Source: Takakia lepidozioides
Taxonomy: Eukaryota > Plantae > Bryophyta
Direction: 5' to 3'
NCBI GenBank assembly: GCA_030704615.1
Contig: CM060732.1
Span: forward strand, 14,942,001-15,006,000
Length of the DNA stretch: 64,000 bases
Both the position numbers and the translations under genes were made by a program. The notes under the pieces are model-generated. The model ran no database searches, had not been told where the DNA came from, and saw only the letters and a list, made by a program, of their open reading frames with translations. This document shows, piece after piece, positions 25,901-39,703 of the stretch; position 1 is the first letter of the stretch; every line of letters starts with the position of its first letter.

Positions 25901-28900
25901 AGTTGAGTCCATACCTGCCCATAGTCAGCAACAATGAGAGACTTTCCAGGACCAGCGACAAATGCTTGCCGTATTTTATATCGATCCTTCTCCAAGGCTG
26001 GTTGATTCTGCAGAATATGCATGATTTAGAGATGAGTCTTAACCATCAAATACTTCAGGAAGAAACCTTTGCGTACAGATAGGAAAGGAGAAAAACACTG
26101 AAATTCTTGACCTTTTTTCCTGCGATGGGTAATGCCTCGGAGACAGGTAGGGCATTCACCTAGCAGAGATGCCAGGTGCATGCATGGACCCTGATACAGG
26201 CCAATCGTCCAGCCTGTTCGCAAGCTATTTGTCCTGCTTACACAATCGCCTCACCATAGTCTTCCTAGCAACAGGCTACAGAGGAACACACACATGTGTC
26301 CACTAATTCAAGGACCTGCAGTACAATTGGATTCTCAGCCATCTAGAAGTAAACACTAACCCACACAGGAGATTCTCCGGGCGTTAACAGAACTGTACAA
26401 TCACAAACTTCTGCAGCTGACTTACAGTATACCAACAATTTTTTTTGAGTTTACAGCAATTGCTCTAATATAGAATAGTAAGTACACCTGCAGACTTGGC
26501 CGTCTGGCAGACAACCGTCCAGTTTCAGTGTTGATGTTCAGAGAGCAATGAACACGCCCATCCTTCTCACTTTTTATGTCACCTCCCTGCCGACCACCAA
26601 ACCAACTCCTATGTAACATGGAATCAAGACAAACAATTACCAGAAAGAGAGAGGGAAAGACAAAGATTTGGCACTAACATGCCGATCCATCTAGAAGCAT
26701 CCCAATGACTTCACCTCAAAGTTTCCAACTGGAGTGTAAGATGCCACAGACTTTAATTGATACAACTTAACTTTGTCATAACGGCCTGTTCAGAAGGAGA
26801 ATATTCTAGGTCTGTTATTGCACCATGAGCGCAACCTGTGTTGAAATGCAAGCGTGGAATGAAAGAACAGCCAGACATGAAATATTGAGAAGTCTTAAGC
26901 TCCATCTTGTGACTCTATCACCAGGTCTGCTTCAGTCCTTGCACCAACCGATTCTGATATTTATACAGCTGCAGATTCCAAAGGTCCTCGAAATGCGGTC
27001 TAAACATGACAACTAGATTCATCTGTTAGAGGATGGTAGTTATACCTATTTTCAAGTTGCTTAAATAATCACGAAAAACTCATCTGCATGCTCACTTCAA
27101 TGCTACAAAAGTGCACATTCTGGTGCAACTCATGAGAATTAGGTGGCTAATCCTGCCACCTGAGTCTAGTGGTTGAAGACACCAGAGGAACAATTTAGAG
27201 CTACGCTTCAGCAAACAGTCTTAAGACGAAACCCTCTGCAAAGATCACAATATCACCAATACCATTGGCTAGGGACCTTGAGTATGTTTAAAAAAAATGC
27301 TGGACCTGCAAAGGCTGAATAAAATTGGAAATGAGAGTGTTGATCGACGCCACTTCACACAGTGCTGTCAATGCCATGCAGGCTTGCTGGCCTTCCTCAC
27401 CCCCCCCGAAGGCAGCATATGCCTTTCCATACACCGAAAAGTCCTCCACCTTGTTTCCCTTAATACCTTCTGAAGTCAGTACACCCTCATCTGCTGTGCT
27501 GATCTCTATTAGATCCTCATCTTCAGCCTCAGCATCCAAGAGAGTGTAGTCCATTGCAATTTTGCCCGCAAGTGCCTACAACCAGAACTACATATGAGAA
27601 GGTAGAAAAAGAAGAAGGAAATAAGAAAAGTAGAATGAGGTGACTGAAGTCTAGGACTGTGGCTGCACCATTTTAATGGAAAATGCTGCAAGTAGCATCA
27701 GCTTTGCAGGCCTCAGGGCATGGTACAGATTTTTGAGGTATCTGCCATAATATCTGTCACCCATATACAAAAAGCAAGAAACGTCAAACAAGTTTTCCAA
27801 CTCCACCTCTTCTGGAGCAGGATTACCTTCAGCGCAGCACCACCCACAGCTGGCCACCCAGCACACGTATAGGTATCAATGGGAATGTTTACTTCCAGAG
27901 CTCGTATCACAATGGGACGTGTCTTCTTTGGGACCTTTTTGCCCTCCTCTATGTGTCCGTCAGTATTGGGTACATTAAATACACGCTCCATAGGCAGCAC
28001 TTGTCCTGAATCTCTCCTGTTATCAGCATAATTCTCACATGTCTTAAGCAACATCTAATCAAACTGTAGATTCATCAAAAACTAATGAGATTATAAAGAG
28101 AACAGATACCGTCTGGGGAGAAAGATAAAGGGCATCATTTGGAACTGCTGCAATGGTGGGACACTGCTGGGTAAAACACGGGAGCTGCTGTTATGCGCCA
28201 TCATGATTTCATCATGACCTAACCTCTCTGCCTTTCCTCCATTAGAGAGTATGCTTTGCTGGATTCAACCAAGCAGGCAAACTCTCACCACCACTCCCCA
28301 TACTGGTCACAATGGTAATGTAGTATAAACGTTTTGCCAACAGTAAGAGAAATGAAATGAAATGAAATGGTGCTTTATAACGTCCGCGGAAAGCTCATAG
28401 AGCTTATGGGACAAAATGGAAGGAAGAACATGAGAGAAAATAGGAAAACCAGAGTCAGAGCAAAGAACTATTGTTCGAGTGATTGTCTAAGGGTGAAGGC
28501 CTCGTGCAGGTAGGCTGCCAAACATTTCTGATCCTCATAGTGGAAGACTTCAGTGGGAGATTGGGTTCCACGGAATATACAATGGAATCTCCCACGGATC
28601 TCATAGTATAGGAAATGAAATGAAATGAAATGGTGCTTTATAACGTCCGCGGAAAGCTCGTAGAGCTTATGGGACAGAATGGAAGAAAACATGAGAGAGG
28701 AACAAATCCAGAAACCACAATTAATGTTCTAGCGATTGTCTAAGGGTGAAGGCCGTAGGTAGGCTGCCAAGCATTTTTGATCCTCATAGTGAAAGACATC
28801 AGTGAGAGTTTGGGTTCCACTGAATAAACAGTGGAATCTCCCACGGATCTCGTAGTATAGAGGGCAGTAGAAGAAGAAGTGTTCTTCAGTTTCAATTTCC

Positions 28901-31900
28901 TTGCTGCGCCCTATGCAAGCTGGACATAGGCGGTCCTCCCGTTGCAGGTTTTCCCATCTGCCAGTCTCTATCCGTAGGTTGTGGGAACCCACCCTGAACC
29001 GCCCCAATGCCCTCAAGAGGGAAGGAGATAAGGGTGCTGAAAGGTAATTTGGTCTCAAGATTCTATCATCGCGGAGCACCAAGAATGTCTCTCGATAGAA
29101 GTGGAGCTTTGTCGTGAGATTGGGTAGCATCCAAGTTCTCTTGACATGTAATTCCATAAGCTCTCTCCGAATGAGTCTGTTGCGGTCATGTCTGGATGTG
29201 ATGTCCACCTCATCTGGGAGAGCAAGGCTTCTGACATGGATTGACTGTAGAGGACATGTCAAACAGTATAACAAGAACGGAAAGATACAATCTTCTAGAC
29301 CTATTGCACGACAAGGCACCTGTTTGACGTGCCTCCAAAAAGAAGTTGGCGGATTTGTGCATCGCTCCCAACATTCATGTATATAGCATCCGGACAGTAT
29401 TTCGCTGCCCACTTGCGGAAGCGGCTAACTGATATTTGCTGTTGGCCAAGTGCAATTTTCTCAACTTCAGCCAAATGATTGCAGTCCACTAGCATTCCTT
29501 TTGCCTCCATCTGCACCAAGAGTTCCCCAAATGGTTGCCAATACTTTTCATAGAAGTCATACATAGACCCGTCCTCTCCAAAATCAACCACACTCCATCG
29601 TGTTTTTTTCAGTTTGTCTTGAAGGCTTTGCCAGAGACGCCAAGTGCACACAGCATCAAATGCCGAATAGTGAATCCACAGCTCGCGCCACTCTTTCCCC
29701 CGCTGAAGTTCTTCAACAGGAGGAATGACTTTCAGCTTTCCCTCAGTGCCATCCTTGCGCATGTTTGGCTTCCCAAATAGGTCTTTCATTGACTGTTTTC
29801 CAGCAAGTATCTTGGGTTCATCGTTTTCTGAGAAGGCTGCGTAGCTAGTCATTAATTTCTTATCAGATGTAAGTGCCTCAAGCGAGTAGCCCCCTTGCGT
29901 GCCTCGGCGAGCTGAATCCCAAAGGCGTGCTAGATGCATGGTGTCTGCGTAGAAGCCTTCTGAATGTATTCCATGTCTGCTTAGAACATGCCTATCAAAG
30001 CTGTAGTTATGCCACACCTGCAATCCCCATGTACGGCTAAGAAAGGCAACCAAGAAAGCACACACAATGTCTTTCTGTCTTCATGTCAGAAACAAAATCC
30101 ATTACACAACTCCCAGGTAAAGGGAGAAGTCAAGATACTCTATGGTGTTTATGCATTAGGAGAGATAGAAACCATGACCCTAACAGGACCCTTGCATCTG
30201 TAACATACAAAATCAGACAGTAAAAGTACCTTCTTGATCAAGGGACTCTCAAAATAAGGTCTGAAGGCACTCAAGACCTCTTCACCTCCATCCAGAACAT
30301 CAACCCAGAGGCGGTTCTTGCCTTCTCCAAAGTTGGTACTTGGCCCACAATAAATGCTGAGACAAGTGATGCGTCCATGTCCAACCGGACTTTCTTTCTT
30401 TACATCTATACCTGCCACCTGCTTACCCATGAAGGTATCATACACCATTCAAAATATTCAAACCACCTTCAATCAGCAACTGCACTAAGCTGCAGATTAA
30501 AATAATATCAAAACACACATTTTGAGTGGTGTTTAATCCTGGCTTTAAATATTCCTAACCATCAATCAGATTTCACAACTTCCCCTACGGATAGAAGTAC
30601 CAATAGAAAAGGAAGAGAACATGCCTCAGTATCACAAGCATGCACCAAGTCCTTGTATTCTCCCATCAGCTGCTCAACTACCACCTCGGCCTTTGCCACA
30701 CTGTCAATAACCATCACTTTGTCATTGTTAACTGGTGGTTGACCAACTTCAGCTTCTTTGGCATGGACCCCTGCTAGCTGGTCTTTTGCAATCATGACAT
30801 CCAGAGTTTTAAGCACTTCAATCCTAGCTTCCTTTTGGTGCTGTACTGGACCTTGGACCCTCTGAACCGGCTTTGTTCGTTCACTGCCTAATTTCAAATC
30901 CTTGGTTTCTTCCTTGCGAAGATTTGAATGCTTTGGGGAAAGCTTCAAATGATAGTCATTTCGTAGAAACCCAGTTGATTTCATTTCCCTCTCAGGAAAC
31001 ATGTTCCCTGCCTGGTATGGTCCACCAATATCCTCAGAAGAGGGTGTAACTCGAACCATTGGCTTATCCTCCAGTGGAATCACACCAGCAGCCCTTGCCT
31101 CACTCCCTGCAGGTGAGGCCCTCAGGCCCTTACTAGGATAAGTCCCCAGTTTCTGAGCTGCTTGAACCCAGGCTTCCCCAGGGTTGCATTGGATGGTATT
31201 CAGTGCCACTCTGTGTGAAGTGACAGAACTAGAAAATGAGGCACCATACAGAGAATTTCTTTGTCGCAGCTGCTCCGACCCCTGATGATGGATGACCAAA
31301 TCATGCTGCCTATCATTAACCTTCACCGGAAGTTCGACTTGCTGGCATGTTTGTCTACAGGCCAGGTGCACACAACATGTCAATACAGTGTGCATACAGA
31401 TAAGCAAAGCTCTACCAGCTCTGTCATTGGGCTGACCATAGTAGCAGTGAGGCCTATGGTAAAATCCAATTACATCAAGTCATGAGAAGCACCTAATTTT
31501 TGGGATTAACCTGAACAACAATCCTCTTGCAAGATGGATGGTTTTTGATACCATCCTGTACATGTCGAATGTATGAGAGGAGCCTTTCTCATCAGCTAAC
31601 AAAACCCTAAACCCTGAACCCTTTCCCATCCCTCCTTTCATTCTATAGACAATGTGCACGAGGCTGACATATCGTTGAACCGTAAGCTTAATTGCAACAT
31701 GAAACAAGCAACTCCCTGCTGGTCATTATTGTAACATGTCTCATTGTACATTCCTCAAGTCTCCTGCGTGCAAATCACCACAATCACAACAACTGCACGA
31801 ACCAAGACAAACATCTTCGGCCCAAGGAGACTGGAGTTCTGTCTGCCATACTACAAGTAACAATTATGTCCCCACAGGCTTTGACAACGAGGATTTAATC

Positions 31901-32454
31901 CACACTGTAGGCAGAAATAAGCAACAACAAGGACCCCGGCGTGGTGACAGGACCCCTTGTTTGCTACCACACTTTATAGAGAGACGAGTCATAGGCCCGT
32001 TATGAAGTAAATCGAATTGAACTGAGCAGAGCAGCGTTGCCCTGCTGCGATTTTGAGCACCTAAATGATATTGGTTTGTGCTTCCTAGCCAGAATTGAAC
32101 GACAATGCCTTGTTTACAGTGTCCTCCCTTCTCAACCAGGAGTCAGTTAAGCATAAGTAGAAATTGAGCCATCTGCATTGTCCAATACATGTCGCAGTCC
32201 GGAGAGCTCACCAAGGGACTTTCATGACCTTATGAACTGAGGAATAAAAGCGCCTTTTAACTGTCAACTTACATGTCACTGAGCTCAGCCTCTGTTGAAT
32301 TGGTGGACTTCCTGAAATACTTGGGAGGATCCTCAGGCGGATGCAGAAATGACAGAGACGAGTGATGGCAAAAAAACGTAGAGGGGCGTGGCAGGCGGGG
32401 GTTGGAGAACAGGCCCAGCCCAGCCGCTGACCCTTGCATGCTCACCATCCCCAT
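22990..32454 (-). CDS. POP: Plant organellar DNA polymerase I-like (POP; PolIA/PolIB homolog), 13 exons: 32454-32273, 31354-30625, 30418-30230, 30017-29320, 28016-27827, 27575-27306, 26586-26488, 26007-25915, 24932-24738, 24375-24283, 23907-23695, 23468-23379, 23151-22990 (~1067 aa)
   Basis: Exonuclease motifs HACDTE, VWHNYSFD and YSAFDA. Polymerase motifs TETGRLS, ADYGQLELRILAH, RRKAKMLNFSIAYG, AINTPVQGSAAD and QVHDE; ends NWYAAK*. Exon phases join in frame (3204 nt). Exon 1 resembles a transit peptide. The 5' exon structure is less certain. Confidence 0.93.
28350..29250 (-). mobile_element. 3' fragment of a LINE (RTEX-like) inside a POP intron, with a duplicated 3' end
   Basis: SHNLRIETGRW...RLCPAC...ETEEHFFFYCPLYYEIR C-terminal Zn motif. 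(ATTTC)n tails at 28350-28370 and 28613-28632. Confidence 0.75.
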
Positions 32455-33479
32455 CACCCTCCCCACCAATCTACCCCCTCCAGTGTACACTCCTCCGCTT
32501 GCCGTCTCTCTCTCTGTCTCTCTCTCAACCCACCTCCTCCTCCGTCTCTCTAGGCTCGTCCACCGCAATCTTCAGCTCACGCCGCCTCCTACCGTCTTGT
32601 CTCTGCATGGATGGGCACAGGGACAACGAAGAAGCTGGCGGCGTTCCCTTGCTCGGTGGCTGCTTCCTCCCCTTCCAGTGTTTTAGGTGTGTAGGTAGCA
32701 CATTTTTATTAGAGAAATCCTCTCGCTCACTTGCGCAATTTCATCCATTTGCAACACTGCCTAATACATCACCATAGACCCGTTTATGGATCACATTTCC
32801 GTCTCGTCATAAACATCACCCTCGCAAATCTTTGCACGACAGTTATGACAAAGTCCCAACTGATTCAGCGTCAGATCCGGAGTCTCTATGCTCTATGATG
32901 TGATTTCTGATGTTGGGAATTGGGTAGGTTATTGTCGAAGAAAATTTGACACCCAGCTGACAAAGGGTATATCCTAGTAGGTATTACTAATTAGAGGCTT
33001 CAGAAAAACAACCCAACAGCGATAAAAGGTCGTTGCACGCATTGGGGCTGAGCTTGAGTCAGCTAGAGAATGTAAAATGTGGGCCCTAAATCACATACCG
33101 TCTGGATTTTAATGACTGCTGCCTTAACGGCACCATTGAAGCTTGGGCACGGTGGTCCGTCTCATGTCCTAGTTGCTCGTAAGCAACCTCCGCCTGCCAA
33201 TATCACCGCTCCACTCTCACACCTTACATTATAATCCCATTGTGAATGGGAATATCTGAAAGTTTATCTAACCTCCACAGGAGTAAGCTGTTATCGACTT
33301 GCTATAAACTTGTCAGCTTCCTTATGGTGTGGACAAAGTCTTAAGCTTATTTACTAAGAATGTGTTCATCAGTGAGATGTAGAAACCGTCCTTTACAGTG
33401 AAAGTAGTACAGTGTCAGCCAATCTTTCCTTCAACATAGAACTTTATACGATGCTCAGAAGTTAGCAATACATGCCTAA

Positions 33480-33755
33480 ACATACCAACGGTCAGCTTCA
33501 CTTGCTCGGGCATCAGCCTCATGTGTGCCCTCTGGCATTCCAGGGAGGCTTCTGCTTGCAAAGCTGCAATGGTCTTGGCCTGGTTGTCCAAGAGGAGGAT
33601 TTGTGACTTCACTCTCTCCCTCAGCTCTGCTGCTTCCTCAGCAGCTCTTTGGGAAGATGCTGAGAGAGCCTTCAGAGCTCCTTCCAAGTCTTTCCTCTCA
33701 TTTCTCCCAGTGCCTTTTCCTTGGCTGCCTCGCGCACCACCCAAAGCTGCACGCC
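33480..33755 (-). pseudogene. Isolated coiled-coil-like coding fragment
   Basis: ERKDLEGALKALSASSQRAAEEAAELRERVKSQILLLDNQAKTIAALQAE shows a heptad pattern. No complete gene model can be built. Confidence 0.35.
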
Positions 33756-34539
33756 AAATGAGAAACATACAGTCCCTGACATGCACATAGGATCCTGCTG
33801 CTTCAAAGATGACAAACAAATTTGCTTTTTAGTGATGTAAACTTCTGATTGAACCTGTCATGCATGGAGACAATGTGAATGCAAAAACCTATGTAGAATC
33901 CTGTAGATTCCTGCAGCCCATCATAAGGAAAGCTACTTCCACATTTTTTTTAGGTGTCTCAACTGAATAGAACTGCACATACCCAAAGGTTGTGCTGCAA
34001 AGCTTCAGGTGTCGAAAGAGAACGAATGGTATGACCGTCAACTGATTGGGAGACATTGATTGTTGTTGGAATTGGAAGATGCTACAAAATGTCATTTCCG
34101 AATGTCAAGAACGTACTGGGATGCCCAAGAAAGGACGTTGGGCCGGATGTGCATGCCCTCATTGCCGATTCGGATGCATCCTGAGCGCTTGCCACCAATT
34201 TGCCTCCGCCGCGTCGTCAACATTAGCCGGAAATGATGGCCAGGATAGACGGCATCTCGCTTGGCCCCTCATTTGATCACCCGAACGCGGGCCCGGGCTC
34301 TCCATATCGACCCCGCAAATGTGGGCACATCATCAACTCCCTTGTCCCCTTCATCAACATCAATGGAGTCCGACGATGACGACGTTATTACTTTCGATGT
34401 TTAAGAACGTGGACATTGTAGATATTTGGTTGGTATACGTTGAATTTCTTGAACACACTAATGGTACGGCGGCAAATTTGTAGATGCATCAATTTTGTAT
34501 TAACTTGTGCGGTACCTGCCAATTTCAATTGCATGAGTA

Positions 34540-36485
34540 ACATTTTCTTCACATTTCACTCATGTCGATGGGGAAGAAGTGGTTTACCCTCTAAACAAAT
34601 TTACATTGGACTCATATTTGGTCATGACGTGTAAGTGGGTATATGCAATCATCTCACAAAGTTTGAGACCAAGAAAAATTCATGTGAACGGTCATCCTCC
34701 AAAAACATTTCGACTAGTCTCATATTTGATAAACGTTTATATCTAGGTATGTACAACATACCCACAAAATTCGAGAAGCAGAAAAATTCATGTGGATGAG
34801 GAACGACTCATTCACCCTCTACAAGTGCTACACCTTCTAAACAAATTTAGATCGGCATCATGTTTGGCCATGACGTGTAAATGGGTATGTTGAACATACC
34901 CATCAAGTTTGAGAACGAGAAAAAATCATTTCAATGAGCAACAAGTTGATCATCCTCTTCAAAATTCCGAAGATCTCATATTTGGTCAGGGCTTGTATGT
35001 AGGACCTCCGACCTAGCTATATACAACATACCCACAAAGTTTGAGAAAGAGAAAAATTCATGTCGATGGGGAACGACTTGTTGACCATGCAAACCAATTA
35101 TATCGATCTCATGTATGAGCGCTTGTATCTAGATATGTTCAACATGTACCTAGAAACTTTTAGAACCATCAAAATTTGTCTCGATGGGGAGCAAGTGGTT
35201 CACCCTCCAACCAAATTTCATTCAATCTCATATTTGGCCAGCGGTTGTACTTCAGTATGTTGAAGATACCCAAAAAATATCAAAATTCAAAAGATCAAAA
35301 TATCAAAATTCGTCTCAATGGGGAACAAGTGGTTTACCCTCCAAATGAATTTTGTTTGATCTCATATTTGGCTAACAATTGTATTTCGGTATGTTGAACA
35401 TACCTGCAAAGTTTGGGAAGGATCTAAATTTGTATACCCACAAACAAATTTGCATATTCAATATACCTACAAAGTTAAAGCATAGAATTCGTGTCGAGGG
35501 GGAATGACTCGTTCACCCTGGAAACCATCCCTCGTTTGGCCAACGGTTGTATGTAGATATGTCCAACACACCCACAAAGTTTCAGAACGATCAAAATTCA
35601 CGTCCATGGGGAACGAGTGGTTAGGGTCCGGGTTGAGGGTTGAGGGTTTACGTCGATAGGGAACGAGCGGTTCAGCCTCCAAGCAAATTTTATTTGTTGT
35701 CATATTTGGTCAGCAATTGATTGTATGTGGGTATGTTTAACACACCTACAAAGTTTCAGAATGATCAAGATTCATGTCCATGGGGAATGACTGGTTGGGG
35801 TTTATGGTTCACATCTATGGGGACGAGTGGTTCAGCCTCCAAGTGAATTTTGTTTGATGTCATATTTGGTCAACAGTTGTATGTGGATATGCTCAACATA
35901 CCAATAAAGTTTCAGAATGATCAAAATTCACGTCCATGGGGAATGACTGGTTAGGGTTTAGGGTTCACGTCCATGGGGACGGAGTGGTTCAATCTCCAAT
36001 CAAATTTCGTTCGATCTCATATTTGGTCAGCACATGTATGTGGGTATGTTCAACACACCAACAAAGTTTAAGAACAATTAAAATTCGTATCAATGGGGAA
36101 CGAGTGGTTCACCTTCCAAGCAAATTTCGTTCGATCTCATATTTAGTCAGCGCCTGTATGTGGGTATGTTCAACACATCGACAAAGTTTGAGAACAATCA
36201 AAATTCGTATCGATGGGGAACAGGCGGTTCACCCTCTAAGCAAATTTCATTCAATCTCATATTCGGTCAACGTTGTATGGGGTATGTTCAACATACCTAC
36301 AATGTTTCAGAATGATCAAAATTCACGTCGATGGGGAACGAGAGGTTCACCCTTCAAACAAATTTTCTTCCCCTTCATATTTTGTCAGCGCTTGTATGTA
36401 GGTATGTTGAATATATCTGCAAAGTTTGGGAAGGATTGAAATTCGTATCGATGGGGAACGAGTGATTCACCCTCCAAGCAGCAGA
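34540..36485. repeat. Satellite-like tandem array 1, ~120-bp unit, ~15 diverged copies
   Basis: Recurring tcatatttggtca...gtatgttcaacatacc..caaagttt...aaaattc...gatggggaac..gtggttcaccctcc. Confidence 0.9.
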
Positions 36486-36589
36486 ATTTTGGTCAGAACA
36501 CGGCAGAGTCTTCCACCACAAAGTAGTAACCAGTAGCTCAACTGCGTTTGGAAAAGGCTAGGTCTGGTGAAAAAGACCCCGTAGGACCA

Positions 36590-37320
36590 ATTTTGAATCA
36601 TGGCATACTTGTCCAGGACCTGTCATATGGTATGTAGAACATATTGACCAAGTTTGAAAACAAGCAAAAATCGTTTGGATAGGGAACCATTCATTCGCCC
36701 TTTCAATCAATTTTGATTGATCCCATACTTGTCCAGGACCTATCACATGGTAAGTAGAACATACTAGCAAGGTTTGAAAATAAGCAAATATCATTTGGAT
36801 GGGGAACCATTTGTTCGCCCTTTCAATCAATTTTAATTGATCCCATACTTGTCTAAAACCTGTCAGATGGTATGTACAACCTGCTAGCAAACTTTGAAAA
36901 CAAACAAAAATCATTTGGATGGGGAGCCATTCGTTTTCCCTTTGAATCAATTTTGGTTGATCCCATACTTGACTAGTATGTACAACATACTGGCAAAGTT
37001 TGAAAACAAGCAAAAATCATTTAGATGGGAATCATTTGTTTGCCCTTTCAATCAATTTTGGTTGATCCCATACTTGTCCAGGACTTGTCTAATGGTATGT
37101 ACAACATGCTGGCAAACTTTGAAAACAAACAAAAATCATTTGGATAGGGAACCATTTGTTCGTCCTTTCAATCGATTTTGATTGATCCCATACTTGTCCA
37201 CGACATGTCAAATGGTATGTACAACATACTAGCAAAGTTTGAAAGCAAGCAAAAATCATTTGGATGGGGAACCGTTCATTCGCCGCTTGAACCACTTCTG
37301 ATTGATCTCGTATGTGTCCA
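36590..37320. repeat. Satellite-like tandem array 2, ~120-bp unit, ~6 copies, related to array 1
   Basis: gatcccatacttgtc at 36719, 36839, 36959 (variant), 37063 and 37183. Shares aacat..caaagtttga and gatggggaac with array 1. Confidence 0.9.
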
Positions 37321-37519
37321 CCTGTCATTCTAGCGAAGACGGAAGCTAGTTTAGCGTAGAGCAGGAATAGGGTGCCGTAGTGCCACATCATCGTCGCCAC
37401 GTTTCATCACCATGTCGTCGTAGCCAGGTCATTGTAGACACGTCATTGTCGTCGTCAATTTCTTTGGAACCTGCCCGAAATGCCCGAAAAGCAGCGCGGG
37501 GAAGGGATGCCCCCGCGTG

Positions 37520-39703
37520 CTCGAGCTTCTGAAAGAGGATCGAGAGAGGGAGTCCACAATGCCTCTTCTAGTACTTCTGCGCATGTGAAGATGCTTTGTG
37601 AGGCAAGCAAACTGACAGAGGCTCTACAGACTTTAAACCGAGGAGGCATTCAGATACCTATGTCTGTCTCTTGCTTAAGTGCATCAAGATGAAAGGTCTT
37701 GAAGCTGGAAAGCAGATGCACGCGCACATTATCCAAAGTGGATTTACGCCAAATGTTTTTCTACTCAACACCCTTGTCAACATGTACGTTAAGGGCGGGA
37801 GCATCATGGATGCTCACCAAGCATTCAACATAATGCCTCAACGATCTTGATCACGTGGAATATAATGTTGGTAGGATTTACCAAGCATGGGTGTGGTAGG
37901 AATGCTTTTGAGACCTATGAGCAGATTCTGCGCAAAGGGGTGAAGCCCAACCACATCAGATTTGTTTGTGTTTGCAATGCGTGTGCAAGCTTGGGAGCTC
38001 TGGAAACATTTCGACACCCCTGGCCTCTTCAGTGGCCTTTTCTCTTTCCTCCTGGCTAGCCTTTTGTCTCGCCTGTTCTTTTTCCCTCTCTTTGGCCCTC
38101 TCACGGGCTTTCTGTTTCTTACTAGGGGTAACAGCAGGGGAGCCCTCCAGGACGACCACCTTTGATTGAGGCGAACTGACACCCTCGCGCGCCCTGCTCA
38201 CTCCCCCCTCCGCAGCCCGTGACGGCTCTCTCGCCGGGGATTGCATGTGCTTGGCTTTCTTCTTCTTCTTTGCGTGGGCGGGCCTTACTGCATGTGCATC
38301 AACATCCTCTATTGCCGGATCTGCTGTCCTCATCCGATGCCCTGAAAGAGGTCCATGGTGACATCGTCAAAGCTGGAATTGTACCATATGTCATTAATAT
38401 GTCACTCACGATGGTGGGACAACCGCAATCGCAAGGTGTGGCTTTTTCTTAATGTACGATGTGAAGAAGTTTGTCCATCCTGCACATGTGGGCTCTTGGC
38501 TCCTATTAGTACCATGATTTGATATTCTTCCTGATTATGTTTACAAGGTTCTTGGGAGAGTCAGCTCGGTCTTAGCAGGCTGTGTTTCAATCTATGCCTA
38601 CTCAGCTGCACCGTGTTGGTTCTCACAGACCAATCCGACATCACCTGACACAAGCAGCACTGCACACAAGGGGTCCTTTTGGGTTGATGGTCAAATCCTC
38701 CATGGATCATGCCAGGTCAAGGACAATGTGGTGAGGGCACCTTCTTCTTCGACCTATTTCAGCCTGTTTTGCCCTCTCATCAGACTCGGCCCTGAGATGC
38801 ATATTGAATTCTGCAAGTTAGGTCGTTGGGTAGATGGTCAACTGGAAACAGCAGCGGCAGCGGCACAAATGATAGAACAAAGCACTGCTAATGTTCAGGC
38901 ACCTTCAACACATTTCACCCTATTTTTCCCTCTTGTCAGAGTCGGCCCTAAATTTCCATGTTGAATTCTGCAAGTTAGCTGGTTGAATGAATCTGGTTTG
39001 GAGTGACTTTGACATTATACTGCCAATGTGATAACAGGAAAATATCCGAAAACAGGTAACAGAGAGAAGGTGTGGAATGAATACTTTGTTGACCCCAGTC
39101 AATGGTGGGACAACCGAGGCAAAAAGTTGAATCCCTGTTAGATGACAGAGAGTAGCAGACGCAATTCAGCATATGAACTAGTGTGATTGGGTGTTTCCTA
39201 AGTTGTCATTGTCAGCTGCTAGCAGCAAGGGGAAAAATGAATGCATGATTTGTGCATGGATTTTGGCATTTGATGCCAAAATGCCGAAATGAGACGTGGT
39301 CTCTTGGACTGCAATAATTGCAGGATGTACTGAGCAAGGGCACGGTGAAGAGGCATTTGAACTCTTTGGGCAATGCCACAAGAAGGTGTAGAGCCCGACA
39401 AGGTCACTCTCATTTACATCCTCAAAAGGTGTGCCAACCCAACAGCTCTCTGGCAGGGCAAGGGACTTCATGCCCACATTGTCAGAGCTGGATTTGAATA
39501 AGATGTTTATGTAGGAACTAGCCTTGTCGGCCATATGTATGCCAAGTGTGCGCGAAAGATGTTTGAAAAATGTCTAGGCGAGATGTGATTTCATGGAATG
39601 CTCACGGAAGAGGCATTTAAGCTCTTTTGGCAAATGCAACTAGAAGGCGTGATGGTCCATGCCCATATCATTGAAGCTGGTTTTGAGTCAGATGTCCGTG
39701 TGG
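37520..39703 (+). pseudogene. PLS-class PPR pseudogene fragments, interrupted by a foreign insert (38008-38342) and PDF-motif exons
   Basis: VKMLCEASKLTEAL, HAHIIQSGF, LVNMY and VVSW motifs, with many stops and frameshifts. Confidence 0.85.
38405..39130 (+). pseudogene. OSB-type PDF-motif (organellar ssDNA-binding) exon remnants
   Basis: RWWDNRNRK|gt (38409), ag|TNPTSPD..KH...FWVDG..PPW (38628-38706) and EKVWNEYFVDPSQWWDNRGKK (39063-39126). Confidence 0.7.

Noticed and set aside
35060-37400. ORFs with repeated peptides
   Set aside because: They are translations of the 120-bp satellite units.
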